Origin: Acaryochloris marina MBIC11017
GTDB lineage: Bacteria > Cyanobacteriota > Cyanobacteriia > Thermosynechococcales > Thermosynechococcaceae
Direction: 5' to 3'
NCBI RefSeq assembly: GCF_000018105.1
Contig: NC_009925.1
Span: 5,940,001-5,972,000 of the forward strand
DNA length: 32,000 bases
Part shown: positions 1 to 9,103 of the stretch, in pieces
How positions within the stretch are numbered: the first letter of the stretch is position 1
Layout of the letters: each line of letters opens with the position of its first letter
Notes under the pieces: generated by a model
Told to the model about the DNA's origin: nothing
The model's database searches: none
The model's input: only the letters and a program-made list of their open reading frames with translations
Translations under genes and position numbers: made by a program

Positions 1-1334
1 AAACGAGTCCAACTCGTTGCTGCAGACGTTTTATGGGACGCTGAGGTAACTACAACACCAGAATCTGTTAACAGTTGCTTCATTGCATTGGGGACCGTAA
101 TTTCAGCAGTGTTAGAGCTTGAGCCATCCCACTCTCTGACCCAAATGGCACCTCGTATATCAGGATTGCTGCTGCCACCATTAATTCCCATACGGGCATC
201 TGGAGCATGAATGAAAACATTGGTGGCTGTGGCTCCACCATTCAATATGAAGTCTTGATCGGAGAAGCTATCACCATCATCGGCGTTGCCATATATTCGA
301 AAGCGTTCTGGGCTACCTAAACCACTCCCATAAGTTCCGCAATTATTAGCAGAACCTGAACAGGTATGGGCCAACGTGGCTTGGCCGCTCATTGCAATAT
401 CACCCGTAACGTAAAAATAGATGGGGGCTGAGGTGGTATCCACTGTGACCTGATCGCTACCACTAAGGGTGATGTCACTTACTTGATAGTGGTAAGCACC
501 ATCGGCACCTACTGAGTCTCCAGTCCGTGGGAAGCTGGTGGCGCTACTAATCGAGACATTGATCGCGCCTGAGGGAATCGCGGGAACAGGAGGCCACGTC
601 ACATCTCGAACATAAATTTGCCCCTGCACAACACTATTATTGAGCGCATCAATGGCTGTTCGCAGTCCTGCATTTGTTGGTTGACCATTGACACATCCAC
701 TAACCGGCACTACACAGTTGAGGGTATCTGTGCAAACGACATTCCCCGAGATTGCACCTAATACGTCATTATTGCCCAAGGTAATATCTTGAGCCATCAG
801 TCCTGGGAAACTAGCTAGAGAAGTTGACTGAGAAATATTCATCGTCTGCTGAATCCGCGATACTGCAGATGAATTAGGCGGATGACCTTTGACAATTAAG
901 GTTCCAGTCTCATCTCCAGAATTGGAGATGCCATCTGGATCACTGTAGCGATACGCTTCGACTGTATAGGTGTCGGCAGGTGCGTTGGTGGGAATCTTGC
1001 CTGTGAGGATATCATTCACTCCTGTAAAACAGGGAGGAGGCTTGGTGAGAAAAGACCATTCATCAGGACTATCTGATCCTAGGAGACTGTTGGGGTCGTA
1101 ATTCGATCTCAACAGCATGTGATAGTTGTGATTTAAGAATCCGAGGGTGCGAGAGATTCCACCTTCTGCAACGGTCGTACTGGCTGTTGTTTGCTTTTGA
1201 GAAACGGCTGAGACTTGATCATCCCTGGACTTAATGCTTAAAGTCAGGGCTACCAGCACCATGATTAACCCAAAACCGATGGCAATGGGTAAGGCAAACC
1301 CTTCATCGGTCGTCTTTCTTCTGGACTTCAACAT
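1..1334 (-). CDS. Large PilX-N / pseudopilin-like protein, partial (C-terminus lies beyond window start); paralog of 4006..5565
   Basis: Absent from the supplied track because it runs off the edge. I read the minus strand codon by codon from ATG at 1334..1332 and found no stop down to base 1 (444 codons). The N-terminus MLKSRRKTTDEGFALPIAIGFGLIMVLVALTLSIKSRDDQ is a short basic leader, then G/FALP, then a hydrophobic helix. It shares motifs with the 519-aa ORF: GFALPxA, AEGG, YTVxAYR and FPGL. Confidence 0.8.
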   Translation of the reverse strand, partial: MLKSRRKTTDEGFALPIAIGFGLIMVLVALTLSIKSRDDQVSAVSQKQTTASTTVAEGGISRTLGFLNHNYHMLLRSNYDPNSLLGSDSPDEWSFLTKPPPCFTGVNDILTGKIPTNAPADTYTVEAYRYSDPDGISNSGDETGTLIVKGHPPNSSAVSRIQQTMNISQSTSLASFPGLMAQDITLGNNDVLGAISGNVVCTDTLNCVVPVSGCVNGQPTNAGLRTAIDALNNSVVQGQIYVRDVTWPPVPAIPSGAINVSISSATSFPRTGDSVGADGAYHYQVSDITLSGSDQVTVDTTSAPIYFYVTGDIAMSGQATLAHTCSGSANNCGTYGSGLGSPERFRIYGNADDGDSFSDQDFILNGGATATNVFIHAPDARMGINGGSSNPDIRGAIWVREWDGSSSNTAEITVPNAMKQLLTDSGVVVTSASHKTSAATSWTR

Positions 1335-2024
1335 ATTTCGATGATAAAGAGAAATATAAATTGGATATGTTTATGTCGCTCTATCTAATCTGAGATAGGT
1401 TGCAGCGAACCCTCAATGAACCAAGAAAGAGGATGACATCACCTTAGTTAAATTGGATTTACTTGTTGATAAGCCAGATGAACGTGAAAAGAGTTGATTG
1501 AAATTTTTATATGAATTTATTTTCGAGATAAGCCAATCGCATTCTAAATATATAATAACAATTACTTAAAATATTGTTCTGAATGTTTTTATTGTAAATG
1601 TTTGATTTATGTATATTTTTAGTATACGAAGTAAAATAGGACCTTTCTTCAGTGATCATACGTAGATCGTAGTGTAAACGGATATATATTCTAGGTAAAA
1701 TCACTGAAAATCTGATACTTTTCATTGTGAATCGAGTCTTGGGCTAGTCTGATAAATCCTGATTTGTGCAGAATAGTTGAGCATGGATAAGAATATATAA
1801 GCCTCGGAAATAAAGTATATAGTTAGAATAAAAAACCAAGTATTTGATGCTTATAGAAAATATTTTCTTGAATTAGCTATAAAATCCAAGATTTGATAGC
1901 AATATATTTATTAATAAAGACTTCGGTATCAGCACAAACAGCACTTAGTGATTAGACCTCTTGCATAATTAATTTTGCGATATGGTATTGAGCCTGATGT
2001 TCTTCCTATTCAGTCCCATATCCA

Positions 2025-2854
2025 ATGAATTACGAAACAGCCCAAGCGCTAAGTGCAAAAGATTTCAAGCGACGAACTGGGGTCTACAAGCAAACCTTCA
2101 AACGCATGCTCCACGCATGGCACACCTATCACCTGAGTCATTCTAATGCAGGGCGACCTCCGAAGTTGTGCCGTCCCGATCAACTATTAGTGGCCCTTCA
2201 ATATTGGCGAGAATATCGGACCTATTTCCACATTGCTGGAGATTGGGAAGTCTCTGAATCAACGGTTTGCCGTATAGTCCACCAGGTCGAGACCGCTCTG
2301 ATGAACTCAGGACTCTTCCGCCTACCCGGCAAGAAACATCTAATACAAGGATTTGAGCGGCCTGATGTTGTCGTGATGGATGTGACTGAGACACCGATTG
2401 AACGTCCCCAAAAAGGACAAAAAGCGTATTATTCAGGAAAAAAAAGAGACATACCCTCAAATGCCAGATTATTGCTGACCGCAACACTTTAGAGGTTATC
2501 TGTCTGAGCTTTGGCCCAGGCCGTCGGCATGATTTTCAGATATTCAAGGGTTCAGGTATCCATATCCATCCAAATACCGAGAGTTTGCAAGATAGCGGAT
2601 ATCAAGGGATTGCAGCCTACCACGCCAACAGCTATGTTCCTTTCAAGAAGCCACAACATGGTGAACTGACTTCCTTGCAGCGAGAGTATAACTGTGCACT
2701 GAGTCAGGAACGAATGGGCATTGAACACATTAATCGCAGCCTGAAGATTTCCAGAATTCTGTCGGAGCGCTATCGCAATCGTCGTTGTCGCTACGCGCTG
2801 CGGTGTAACTTGATTGCAGCCCTCTATAACCATGAGCTATCTTTGGCTGCTTAA
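2025..2854 (+). CDS. IS5-family (DDE_Tnp_4 / Harbinger-like) transposase, split over two frames and joinable by a -1 shift
   Basis: ORF A (2025..2492) carries VVVMDVTETPIERP, the first catalytic D context. The -1 frame is open from the A8 run to 2854 and carries LQDSGYQG (second D) and MGIEHINRSLK (E). A -1 slip at 2438..2445 gives the family-typical junction YYSGKKKRHTLK. Confidence 0.8.
2438..2445 (+). other. A8 homopolymer: candidate -1 slippery site (A AAA AAA/G type), or a frameshift mutation
   Basis: ORF A frame reads GGA AAA AAA AGA. The frame one base back reads AAA AAA AAG AGA CAT. ORF A stops 47 nt downstream at 2490..2492. Confidence 0.5.
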
Positions 2855-3045
2855 GGGATGAAAAACAGCGATACCACATCGTGAAATGAATATTGCAAGA
2901 GGTCTATTGACAGAATCTTCTAAACTAAAGCCTTAGTAGAGAAAAGGCTGTGCCACAAGTGGTAGTTTCGTAAGGCTTTAATCACTGTGCGAGGGAGGCT
3001 CTTAGCTCAGCAGCTCTTTTCAAACTTTATCCCTCTACTCGCCTA

Positions 3046-3861
3046 TTACTGATCTTCCCAGTTATCAGCTGTACAACGGCCTGCATCAGTAATGGCAATG
3101 GGTTGGATATCACCTTTGTAAGTACCGATTCGGGTTAGGCCCAAGGTGTTGGAAATAGCGATGCAGTGCTTTTTTCCACTAGCATTGTTTGGATTGAAAA
3201 AAATAATCTTGCCACTGGGGTCGGTTGGACTGGCTTGAGCGCTAATGATGGCAAACTCTGGATTTCCTAAAACGCCATATTTAATGGGAATGAGCTGATC
3301 TTTACAAGTCCCTAGCCCTAAGCCTTCATCAATATTCCCTTTGCATTTTTCAGCAATAACCTGAACCACCATACCTGCGTCGGTCCATTGGCTTTTATGC
3401 TCGGGTGCAGATGCCATGGCAATCTGCGAAATGTTCTCTCCGTCATTGAGGCCAAGGGAGGGTGCTTGGACATCTGAACTGATCCACACAGGCTGACTTT
3501 CATCGTCTTGGGCTGTGTTGGCTGTGGGATCAATCAAATTTGTCGCGATAGCCACACTGGTTTCCAAACTGCGATCGCTAACTTTAAGACAAGATCCCGA
3601 AATTTGTCCTGCATCAAAATTAAGGGTCAGAGTGCAGATTTTATTACCTTTGATCGCTTCTCGTTGCGTTTCATTCAACGCGGCCTGTACTTTAGCCATC
3701 GTCTGTTTTACTTTGGCTCGATTCATTGCAGCCATAATACTGGGAGCTGAAACAGCAGCGGCAATGCCGATAATGGCAACAATTACCATTTTTTCAGCCA
3801 GGCTAAACCCTAATTCTGAAGACGAAGACCTAAGTGCAATGAAGGGATGTAAACGAAACAT
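3046..3861 (-). CDS. Prepilin-type pseudopilin, GspH/FimT-like
   Basis: The track ORF is 3046..3924. I prefer the internal ATG at 3861 (MFRLHPFIALRSSSSELG/FSLAEKMVIVAIIGIAAAV). This is a prepilin cleavage/methylation motif: G then F, Glu at +5, then a hydrophobic helix. The following AALNETQREAIKGNKICTLTL resembles the GspH/FimT fold region. Confidence 0.75.
   Translation of the reverse strand: MFRLHPFIALRSSSSELGFSLAEKMVIVAIIGIAAAVSAPSIMAAMNRAKVKQTMAKVQAALNETQREAIKGNKICTLTLNFDAGQISGSCLKVSDRSLETSVAIATNLIDPTANTAQDDESQPVWISSDVQAPSLGLNDGENISQIAMASAPEHKSQWTDAGMVVQVIAEKCKGNIDEGLGLGTCKDQLIPIKYGVLGNPEFAIISAQASPTDPSGKIIFFNPNNASGKKHCIAISNTLGLTRIGTYKGDIQPIAITDAGRCTADNWEDQ
3571..3578. repeat. HIP1 octamer GCGATCGC (one of nine dispersed copies)
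   Basis: The copies start at 3571, 5359, 10397, 14255, 21711, 23007, 23265, 25652 and 28203. About 0.5 would be expected by chance. This is a cyanobacterial genome signature. Confidence 0.9.
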
Positions 3862-4005
3862 GGCAAATTCCAGGGGAAGGAAACAAAGACTAAAGGGTGA
3901 CCACTTGATTAGTGGGGCACCCATGAAAAAAACTCCTCATCACCCATAAGAATTGCTAAAACTTGAACTGAGTAGATACGAGAAAACTGGTTTAAAGCAT
4001 CGTTG

Positions 4006-5565
4006 TCATAACCTCACCCGTTGCCATTGCAAAACACCTCCAAATCGATACCGTACTGGGTAGTCTACATATTTCAGCAGGTCGATCAAACTGCTAACAT
4101 CTTCAGGTACTGCGATGCCAGAGGTCGCATTGGGGGTGATAACGGTATCGTAGGGGGCACCTACTTCCCCAATGAAATTAATGTCTCGATTGTTGGGGTC
4201 GTTTTTAGAACTGAAAATGCCTTCTGCCCATACCACACCTTCAATATTGGTATTTTGCCCACCTGGGCAACCAGGACCAGAGGTCAGTAATTGCACTTCA
4301 TCCCATGCGGACCAAATGAAGGCATTTTGAATGCAAGTTTGGTCATACAGTAAAACCGTGTCGTCTCCACCCCTCAAATGTATTCGTAGATCGCCAACAC
4401 GAGGCGGTTGGCCATCCGTACGAACGTTAAGGATTTGGGCCATATCCTTTAACTGAATGGCTTGTTCGGGGGCACTATCTTCGATGAAATCTAATACGAC
4501 AGAGCCATTGGTGGTGTCGACCGTCAATACATCAGTTCCAGCTAGGTCAATTTGTTCAATCTGGAAAAGGGTTGGTGTATGGCCTCCGACCCCGCTTAGG
4601 GTTTGGCTGCTGGTGATGGTTCCAAAATTGGTGCCTTTTATCCCATCAGGAATAGTTGGTGTCAACAAACAAGCAAACAGCGTGCCTGAGACGGTATCGC
4701 CTGTTGCCCCATCCGATGCTGAAGAAGAGAATATGGCATTCAGATAACTAGCCCGGTCTATATCTCCCGAAGTTGAATTCGAAGTCAAAGAGGAATCTTG
4801 TGATCCTTGAGGATAGTAGTAAACATTGCCTTTACTACCTAGGATTTGGCGACCCCGTAATGCCAAAACACCGACATGCCAAGGGTCATCAGGTTCAGGG
4901 TCATGAAGAACTAAGCCTGGAAAATCGTCTAAATCGGACCGTACGGCAATCCTGATTTGAACACCTGTGGTTTTTCCATCTTTACTAGCTTCAACAAATA
5001 GTGTTCCTTGTTGCTCCGCCGGATTAAAACGATAAGCTCTAACGGTGTAGGAACCAGTGTTACCCATTGACCCCGTCGTTGCAAAGTTGGGACTGCCCCA
5101 CCCTTTTTGTTGATAGCAAGGGTGGTTACTCGGGTCATAGCTCGTCCATTCGTCAATAGCACTGGCTTCTTCGTCGCCACTATTGAACATGCCGTCGGGG
5201 CCGAGATAAGTTTTTCCTGTTTTGGGGTTAATCGTATCGTAATTGCGATTGAGCAATACGGCGTTATTGGGAGCGGTTAGTTGGGCTAAGGATCGAGCCA
5301 TTCCCCCTTCAGCGATGGCCAAACTGGCCCCTGCTTGTTTGCGATTAAATGCAGATGTGCGATCGCTTTGGGCAACCATTATCGTGGACAAGCCCAAAAT
5401 GACCATCACAAACCCTAAACCCAGGGCAAGAGGCAACGCAAATCCCTGCTCCTGCCGCTTAGAATTCAAGCCTCGAGAACAAAAAACAACTAAGTAATAG
5501 AGGAGTTCTGACAATGGCATACTTTGGATGTTCGTTGCAGCCGATAGTCTGTCCCCAGACAGCAT
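4006..5565 (-). CDS. Large PilX-N / pseudopilin-like protein (HpsA-like architecture)
   Basis: 519-aa ORF. KRQEQGFALPLALGLGFVMVILGLSTIMVAQSDR has the same G/FALP + helix layout as the clipped paralog and lacks Glu+5. An alternative start is M16 (5520). The rest is Gly/Ser/Thr/Asp-rich and predicted extracellular. Confidence 0.75.
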   Translation of the reverse strand: MLSGDRLSAATNIQSMPLSELLYYLVVFCSRGLNSKRQEQGFALPLALGLGFVMVILGLSTIMVAQSDRTSAFNRKQAGASLAIAEGGMARSLAQLTAPNNAVLLNRNYDTINPKTGKTYLGPDGMFNSGDEEASAIDEWTSYDPSNHPCYQQKGWGSPNFATTGSMGNTGSYTVRAYRFNPAEQQGTLFVEASKDGKTTGVQIRIAVRSDLDDFPGLVLHDPEPDDPWHVGVLALRGRQILGSKGNVYYYPQGSQDSSLTSNSTSGDIDRASYLNAIFSSSASDGATGDTVSGTLFACLLTPTIPDGIKGTNFGTITSSQTLSGVGGHTPTLFQIEQIDLAGTDVLTVDTTNGSVVLDFIEDSAPEQAIQLKDMAQILNVRTDGQPPRVGDLRIHLRGGDDTVLLYDQTCIQNAFIWSAWDEVQLLTSGPGCPGGQNTNIEGVVWAEGIFSSKNDPNNRDINFIGEVGAPYDTVITPNATSGIAVPEDVSSLIDLLKYVDYPVRYRFGGVLQWQRVRL

Positions 5566-5757
5566 GGGTAAAAGATTCTTTCCATGACCGATGGATTAAA
5601 GCCAAGCTTCTAAAAAGCTAGCCATCTTCAGACATATGGAAAGAATGAATGCCATTCATGGTTATTGACTTTGCAAACAAAGACCATTCTCTCTTGATAA
5701 TGGCTTTTGTCCAATGCAATTGGCGACAGGGAATACACTCAATTCCCTGCCTGATCA

Positions 5758-5767
5758 GTCTATAGAT
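5758..5767. repeat. Left copy of the 10-bp target-site duplication GTCTATAGAT of the IS4 element
   Basis: Identical decamer at 7251..7260, immediately outside each IR. Confidence 0.9.
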
Positions 5768-7250
5768 CAATGGCACTGACTTAAGCTCAATCAAACAGCT
5801 AGCTTAGCTTTGAGAGCAGAGCGAGGTTGTCGCATTCGCGGGAAAGATTTGGGTCTGCGTTTGACGACTCTCGGTTCGTGCCGATTCGGTCGAGAGGGTA
5901 ATAGATCGGCTGCCATGGTCTCAAGTAGATGAGTAAACAACCGCTTTCTGGTCGCACGGTTGGCTGTCGCCAACAAAGCAAGCATCTGATTGAAGTGTTG
6001 TCGTGCTCCTTGCACAGACAGTTGAGTTCTAGCATTATCTGCTAGCGGTGCCGCAAGTTCCATGAGACTTCTGAGTAGGTTATAGCCCAACAAATGTACC
6101 CAAATGTCCTTGCGCACCATATCCGGAGTTTTGGCACTGAGCATCTCCATTTTTAAGGTGGTTTTGAGATGGCGCAGATTGACTTCCGCCACTGGCCAAC
6201 GCCAGCCATACAAGCGAGTCAGTTGCCCAGCGCTGTAGCGTTGAGCATCCAGCAGCGTCGTCACCACAATAATGTGCTGGTCGCGAAAGCCCTTAAGGGA
6301 TAAGCGCAAACACACCTCTCTAACGACCAATGTTTGAGGAATCAGGGCAAAATCTTGCTCACTCATGTGCTCAGGCCGTTGGGCTGGCTTATGCCATGTC
6401 ACCTGATGATCACCAATGCCATGCTTGTTGCCTTTGCGGAAATCAGTCTTGCGAGCATGATGTTTACGCAACACTCCATCAGCCCTGTGTTGTTGAATGA
6501 TGGCTAGATCAACATAGCTGCCATAAGCTTGGTCCGCCATGACCACATCACCGACCTCAAGGTCTTGATAGAGCAAACGACTCATGACAATTTCACTGGT
6601 GTCCCAGGAGGCAATACAAGCTGACGCCACTGCACCGGTAACCAAACAGAAGAACACTACCAAGCGAGCGATGGGAAAACCACAGCCTGCTGTTTGATTG
6701 CCATGTTGTGGATATGATGCTTGGTTGGCCGCACTATCAGCCATCAACACGGTGGTTCCGTCGTAGACCTTGACGGGCCGACCACACCAGAGGTGCTCTG
6801 GGGAGAGGGGTTGCGCTAAGCACTCAGCGCTTTCGGGAATTAAACGTTGCAACAGTGACTCTGGAAAGCGACTTCTGGCTTTGCTGTAGGCTCCGGTATC
6901 AGATGAGGGCGGTTGGATGCCAGCCGCTGTGAGCCAAGTCGTGATGCATTTGACTGTGTTACGAAGGCTTTTATCGGCTGATAGCACTTGGTAAAGCATG
7001 GCCCACAGCGTAACGATGGGGCTATATATCCGGTTGCGATAGGAGAATGCTTCTTCTTTCAGGAGTTCCTCTAACCTTGAGGCTGGAAGGATATCTGTCC
7101 ACGGTAAACCCAGGCTTTGGGAAAATTGCTGCTTGAGAATTTCGGCTGACTCAGACATAGTGAAAGGCAGAAGTTTATGGCGTGCAAGTCTTGATCCTAT
7201 ATCTATCAAGACTTGTAGCCTTTTCCTGACTTCTTAAGTCAGTGCCATTG
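5768..7250 (-). mobile_element. IS4-family insertion sequence, 1483 bp, perfect 18-bp IRs
   Basis: 5768..5785 is CAATGGCACTGACTTAAG, the exact reverse complement of 7233..7250. A single 472-aa DDE transposase fills the element. It is flanked by a perfect 10-bp direct repeat. Confidence 0.92.
5791..7209 (-). CDS. IS4-family DDE transposase
   Basis: VKVYDGTTVLMAD and GDVVMADQAYGSY are the D contexts. YGWRWPVAEVNLRHLKTTLKME is a YREK-like E region. The likely true start is MSESAEILKQ at 7158. Confidence 0.9.
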   Translation of the reverse strand: MIDIGSRLARHKLLPFTMSESAEILKQQFSQSLGLPWTDILPASRLEELLKEEAFSYRNRIYSPIVTLWAMLYQVLSADKSLRNTVKCITTWLTAAGIQPPSSDTGAYSKARSRFPESLLQRLIPESAECLAQPLSPEHLWCGRPVKVYDGTTVLMADSAANQASYPQHGNQTAGCGFPIARLVVFFCLVTGAVASACIASWDTSEIVMSRLLYQDLEVGDVVMADQAYGSYVDLAIIQQHRADGVLRKHHARKTDFRKGNKHGIGDHQVTWHKPAQRPEHMSEQDFALIPQTLVVREVCLRLSLKGFRDQHIIVVTTLLDAQRYSAGQLTRLYGWRWPVAEVNLRHLKTTLKMEMLSAKTPDMVRKDIWVHLLGYNLLRSLMELAAPLADNARTQLSVQGARQHFNQMLALLATANRATRKRLFTHLLETMAADLLPSRPNRHEPRVVKRRPKSFPRMRQPRSALKAKLAV

Positions 7251-7260
7251 GTCTATAGAT
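7251..7260. repeat. Right copy of the 10-bp target-site duplication GTCTATAGAT
   Basis: See 5758..5767. Confidence 0.9.
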
Positions 7261-7368
7261 GCTTTGAAAATTCAGTAATTATAAGGAAGAAAAATAGGTT
7301 TCTAATTTCTTCGAGTTTAAGGAAGGGATTGAATATTTGAGCCGATGCTGAAAGGGCAGTACCCGAAT

Positions 7369-7842
7369 TCAGATTATACCTAGAACTCTATCAATTTGAA
7401 CGAGGGCCTCTTTCAGTTGGTTCACCATAGAACGGGTGATCATCATGCCTTCTTGCACCAGAACAGTTCCATTCAGTGGATGAAGAATATGCTCCTGAAT
7501 TTTTTTCCCAATTAACGTATCCAGATTGTCAATCTCGCTCAGATACATTCCCACAGGTAGTTCTACAACAACCCCTTCTCCTAATACTCTGGCTTGACAC
7601 GCCAATCGAGAATTTTTTTGGCTATTCGAGATTAACTCTAGGGTTTGCACCTCTCTTTTACTTTTTGGAGATAAGCTCTCTTCTCCGGATTGAATGAAAA
7701 TATGGCAAGTGGCACATCTTCCCCTGCCACCGCATTTCCACTGAACATCTAGCTTCTCTTGGAGTAGCACTGCCAAAAGATGATCATTCGTCTTAATAGA
7801 GGCCTGAGACTCGATGGGTTCCAGCGTAATTTTTTTCGCCAT
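7369..7842 (-). CDS. 2Fe-2S ferredoxin-domain protein with a roughly 60-aa C-terminal extension
   Basis: Cys pattern C-x5-C-x2-C-x35-C (WKCGGRGRCATCH...RLACQ). I favour the MAKKITLEP start at 7842. The track ORF extends to 7938. Confidence 0.65.
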   Translation of the reverse strand: MAKKITLEPIESQASIKTNDHLLAVLLQEKLDVQWKCGGRGRCATCHIFIQSGEESLSPKSKREVQTLELISNSQKNSRLACQARVLGEGVVVELPVGMYLSEIDNLDTLIGKKIQEHILHPLNGTVLVQEGMMITRSMVNQLKEALVQIDRVLGII

Positions 7843-8492
7843 ATTTTTGGGGAGTGAACGCTTACCTGTGAATTGCAGTAATGGAATAAAAGCCTGTCTA
7901 AGCTGGGGAACACTACTTCCCTCTATGTTGCCCATCAACCAACAACCCTCTACAGAGATGTGCTCTCGGACATCCCTATCATCTTGATTTAGACGGTTAC
8001 ACTCGCATCATTCATACTGTCTTCGTCTAAGTCGAGTAGGAGAAAGCTGTTAATTTCTTCATTGGATAAAAAAAGGGACTGTTCAGAATTGGCAGGTGTG
8101 ATAGTCATTGGATTTGGGTTAGAAGAGAAAATAAAAAGTGCTGCAATCGTTAGAAGATTTTCGGCTGTTGATAGGAACAGCCTAACCATTGCAGCAAGCT
8201 TGAAGGTCAATAGAATAATGTATAAGAATAAGTTATACTTCGCAGTTTATGGGTATACTTCACGGTCTAAACCCCTTTCGCAGAAAGCTTCTATGGCAAA
8301 GCTAGTGTTCGTTTTAAGTGTATATGGTGCAAACAGACACAGCTGATTTTGGATTTCTTGTCTTACTAACAAGTACAAATCACTGTTGAATCCAATAGGA
8401 GTCGCAGAAATAGATTATTTCACTGAGGCCCTATGGGTGGGTGTGGCAAGACAAATGCCGGTTGGTTTCAGAATTCATTGGGTATGGCTCAA

Positions 8493-9089
8493 CTAGAGTA
8501 CCCGTTGTTTCAGTACCTGAATTTCTTTTTCCTTTTGCTGCAGTTGTCCTTCCAACTGCGATTTCTCATGGGCGAGTTGGCTGACTTTCTGCTGTTCTAG
8601 CGAAAGCCGCATCTTGCAGGCATCTAGTCTTTGAAGCTGAATTTCTAGCAGTTCTGTTACTTCCATCAGCTTCGTGACATCCACATGGGCTCCTAACATT
8701 CGAACGGGCTGGTCAAACTGATCTCGAATGGCAATCCCTCGACATCGGACCCACACTATCTTTCCATTTTTCTTGGTATACCTAACGATTTGATCGTAGG
8801 GGTGAGCTGGATTGTCAAGATGCTTTTCTAAATTTTTGCGGGCAATGACTAAATCTTCTGGGTGGATTAAATCTTGCCACTCTGATGCTAGATGCTGTTT
8901 TTGGGCTGGAGAATACCCTAAAAAAAGCCAAAACTCAGGACTCATCCACTCATGCTCTGGGTTAACCAAATCCCAATACCAAACTCCATCTAAGGTCGCC
9001 CCCTGTAAAAAATCAAAGACGGAGGGGTCATTTAGGATCAATTCATACAGTTCCTGACGGAGATAATGAGAATCTTCAGCTGGCTTCAT
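8493..9089 (-). CDS. Stand-alone PAS domain protein with C-terminal coiled coil
   Basis: The PAS core is WYWDLVNPEHEWMSPEFWLFLGY...IHPEDL...VRYTKKNGKIVWVRCRG...VRMLGAHVDVT. The tail is heptad-rich (QLQRLDACKMRLSLEQQKVSQLAHEKSQLEGQLQQKEKEIQVLKQ). It starts 15 nt after the stop of the upstream kinase, so it is probably co-transcribed. Confidence 0.8.
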   Translation of the reverse strand: MKPAEDSHYLRQELYELILNDPSVFDFLQGATLDGVWYWDLVNPEHEWMSPEFWLFLGYSPAQKQHLASEWQDLIHPEDLVIARKNLEKHLDNPAHPYDQIVRYTKKNGKIVWVRCRGIAIRDQFDQPVRMLGAHVDVTKLMEVTELLEIQLQRLDACKMRLSLEQQKVSQLAHEKSQLEGQLQQKEKEIQVLKQRVL

Positions 9090-9103
9090 CGTTACTTCGG
9101 CGA

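Larger units (their letters stand above)
1953..2906 (+). mobile_element. IS5-family insertion sequence (about 954 bp) with imperfect 36-bp terminal inverted repeats
   Basis: IRL at 1953..1988 is TAGACCTCTTGCATAATTAATTTTGCGATATGGTAT. The reverse complement of 2871..2906 is TAGACCTCTTGCAATATTCATTTCACGATGTGGTAT. They match at 29/36 positions, with the first 13 identical. The outermost TA on each side may be a 2-bp target duplication instead of part of the IR. The element encloses the two-frame transposase. Confidence 0.85.

Noticed and set aside
1507-1725. 72-aa minus-strand ORF in the AT-rich spacer
   Set aside because: Its Ile/Asn/Tyr/Lys-rich sequence simply mirrors the AT content. It has no motif or plausible start context, and it lies in the upstream region of the pseudopilin paralog.
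2143-2833. Minus-strand ORFs 2143..2487 and 2552..2833
   Set aside because: These are antisense shadows of the IS5-family transposase frames and have no family resemblance.
3318-5497. Multiple 60-144-aa ORFs on both strands overlapping the prepilin and 519-aa genes (e.g. 3515..3949+, 4021..4290+, 4929..5180-)
   Set aside because: All are nested in or antisense to longer ORFs with clear pilin-type motifs. Their sequences are Arg/Cys-rich, as is typical of off-frame reading.
7989-8346. ORFs 7989..8210 (-) and 8062..8346 (+) upstream of the 2Fe-2S gene
   Set aside because: They are mutually overlapping, with no recognisable domain in either. I could not decide whether either is real, so I left both unannotated.
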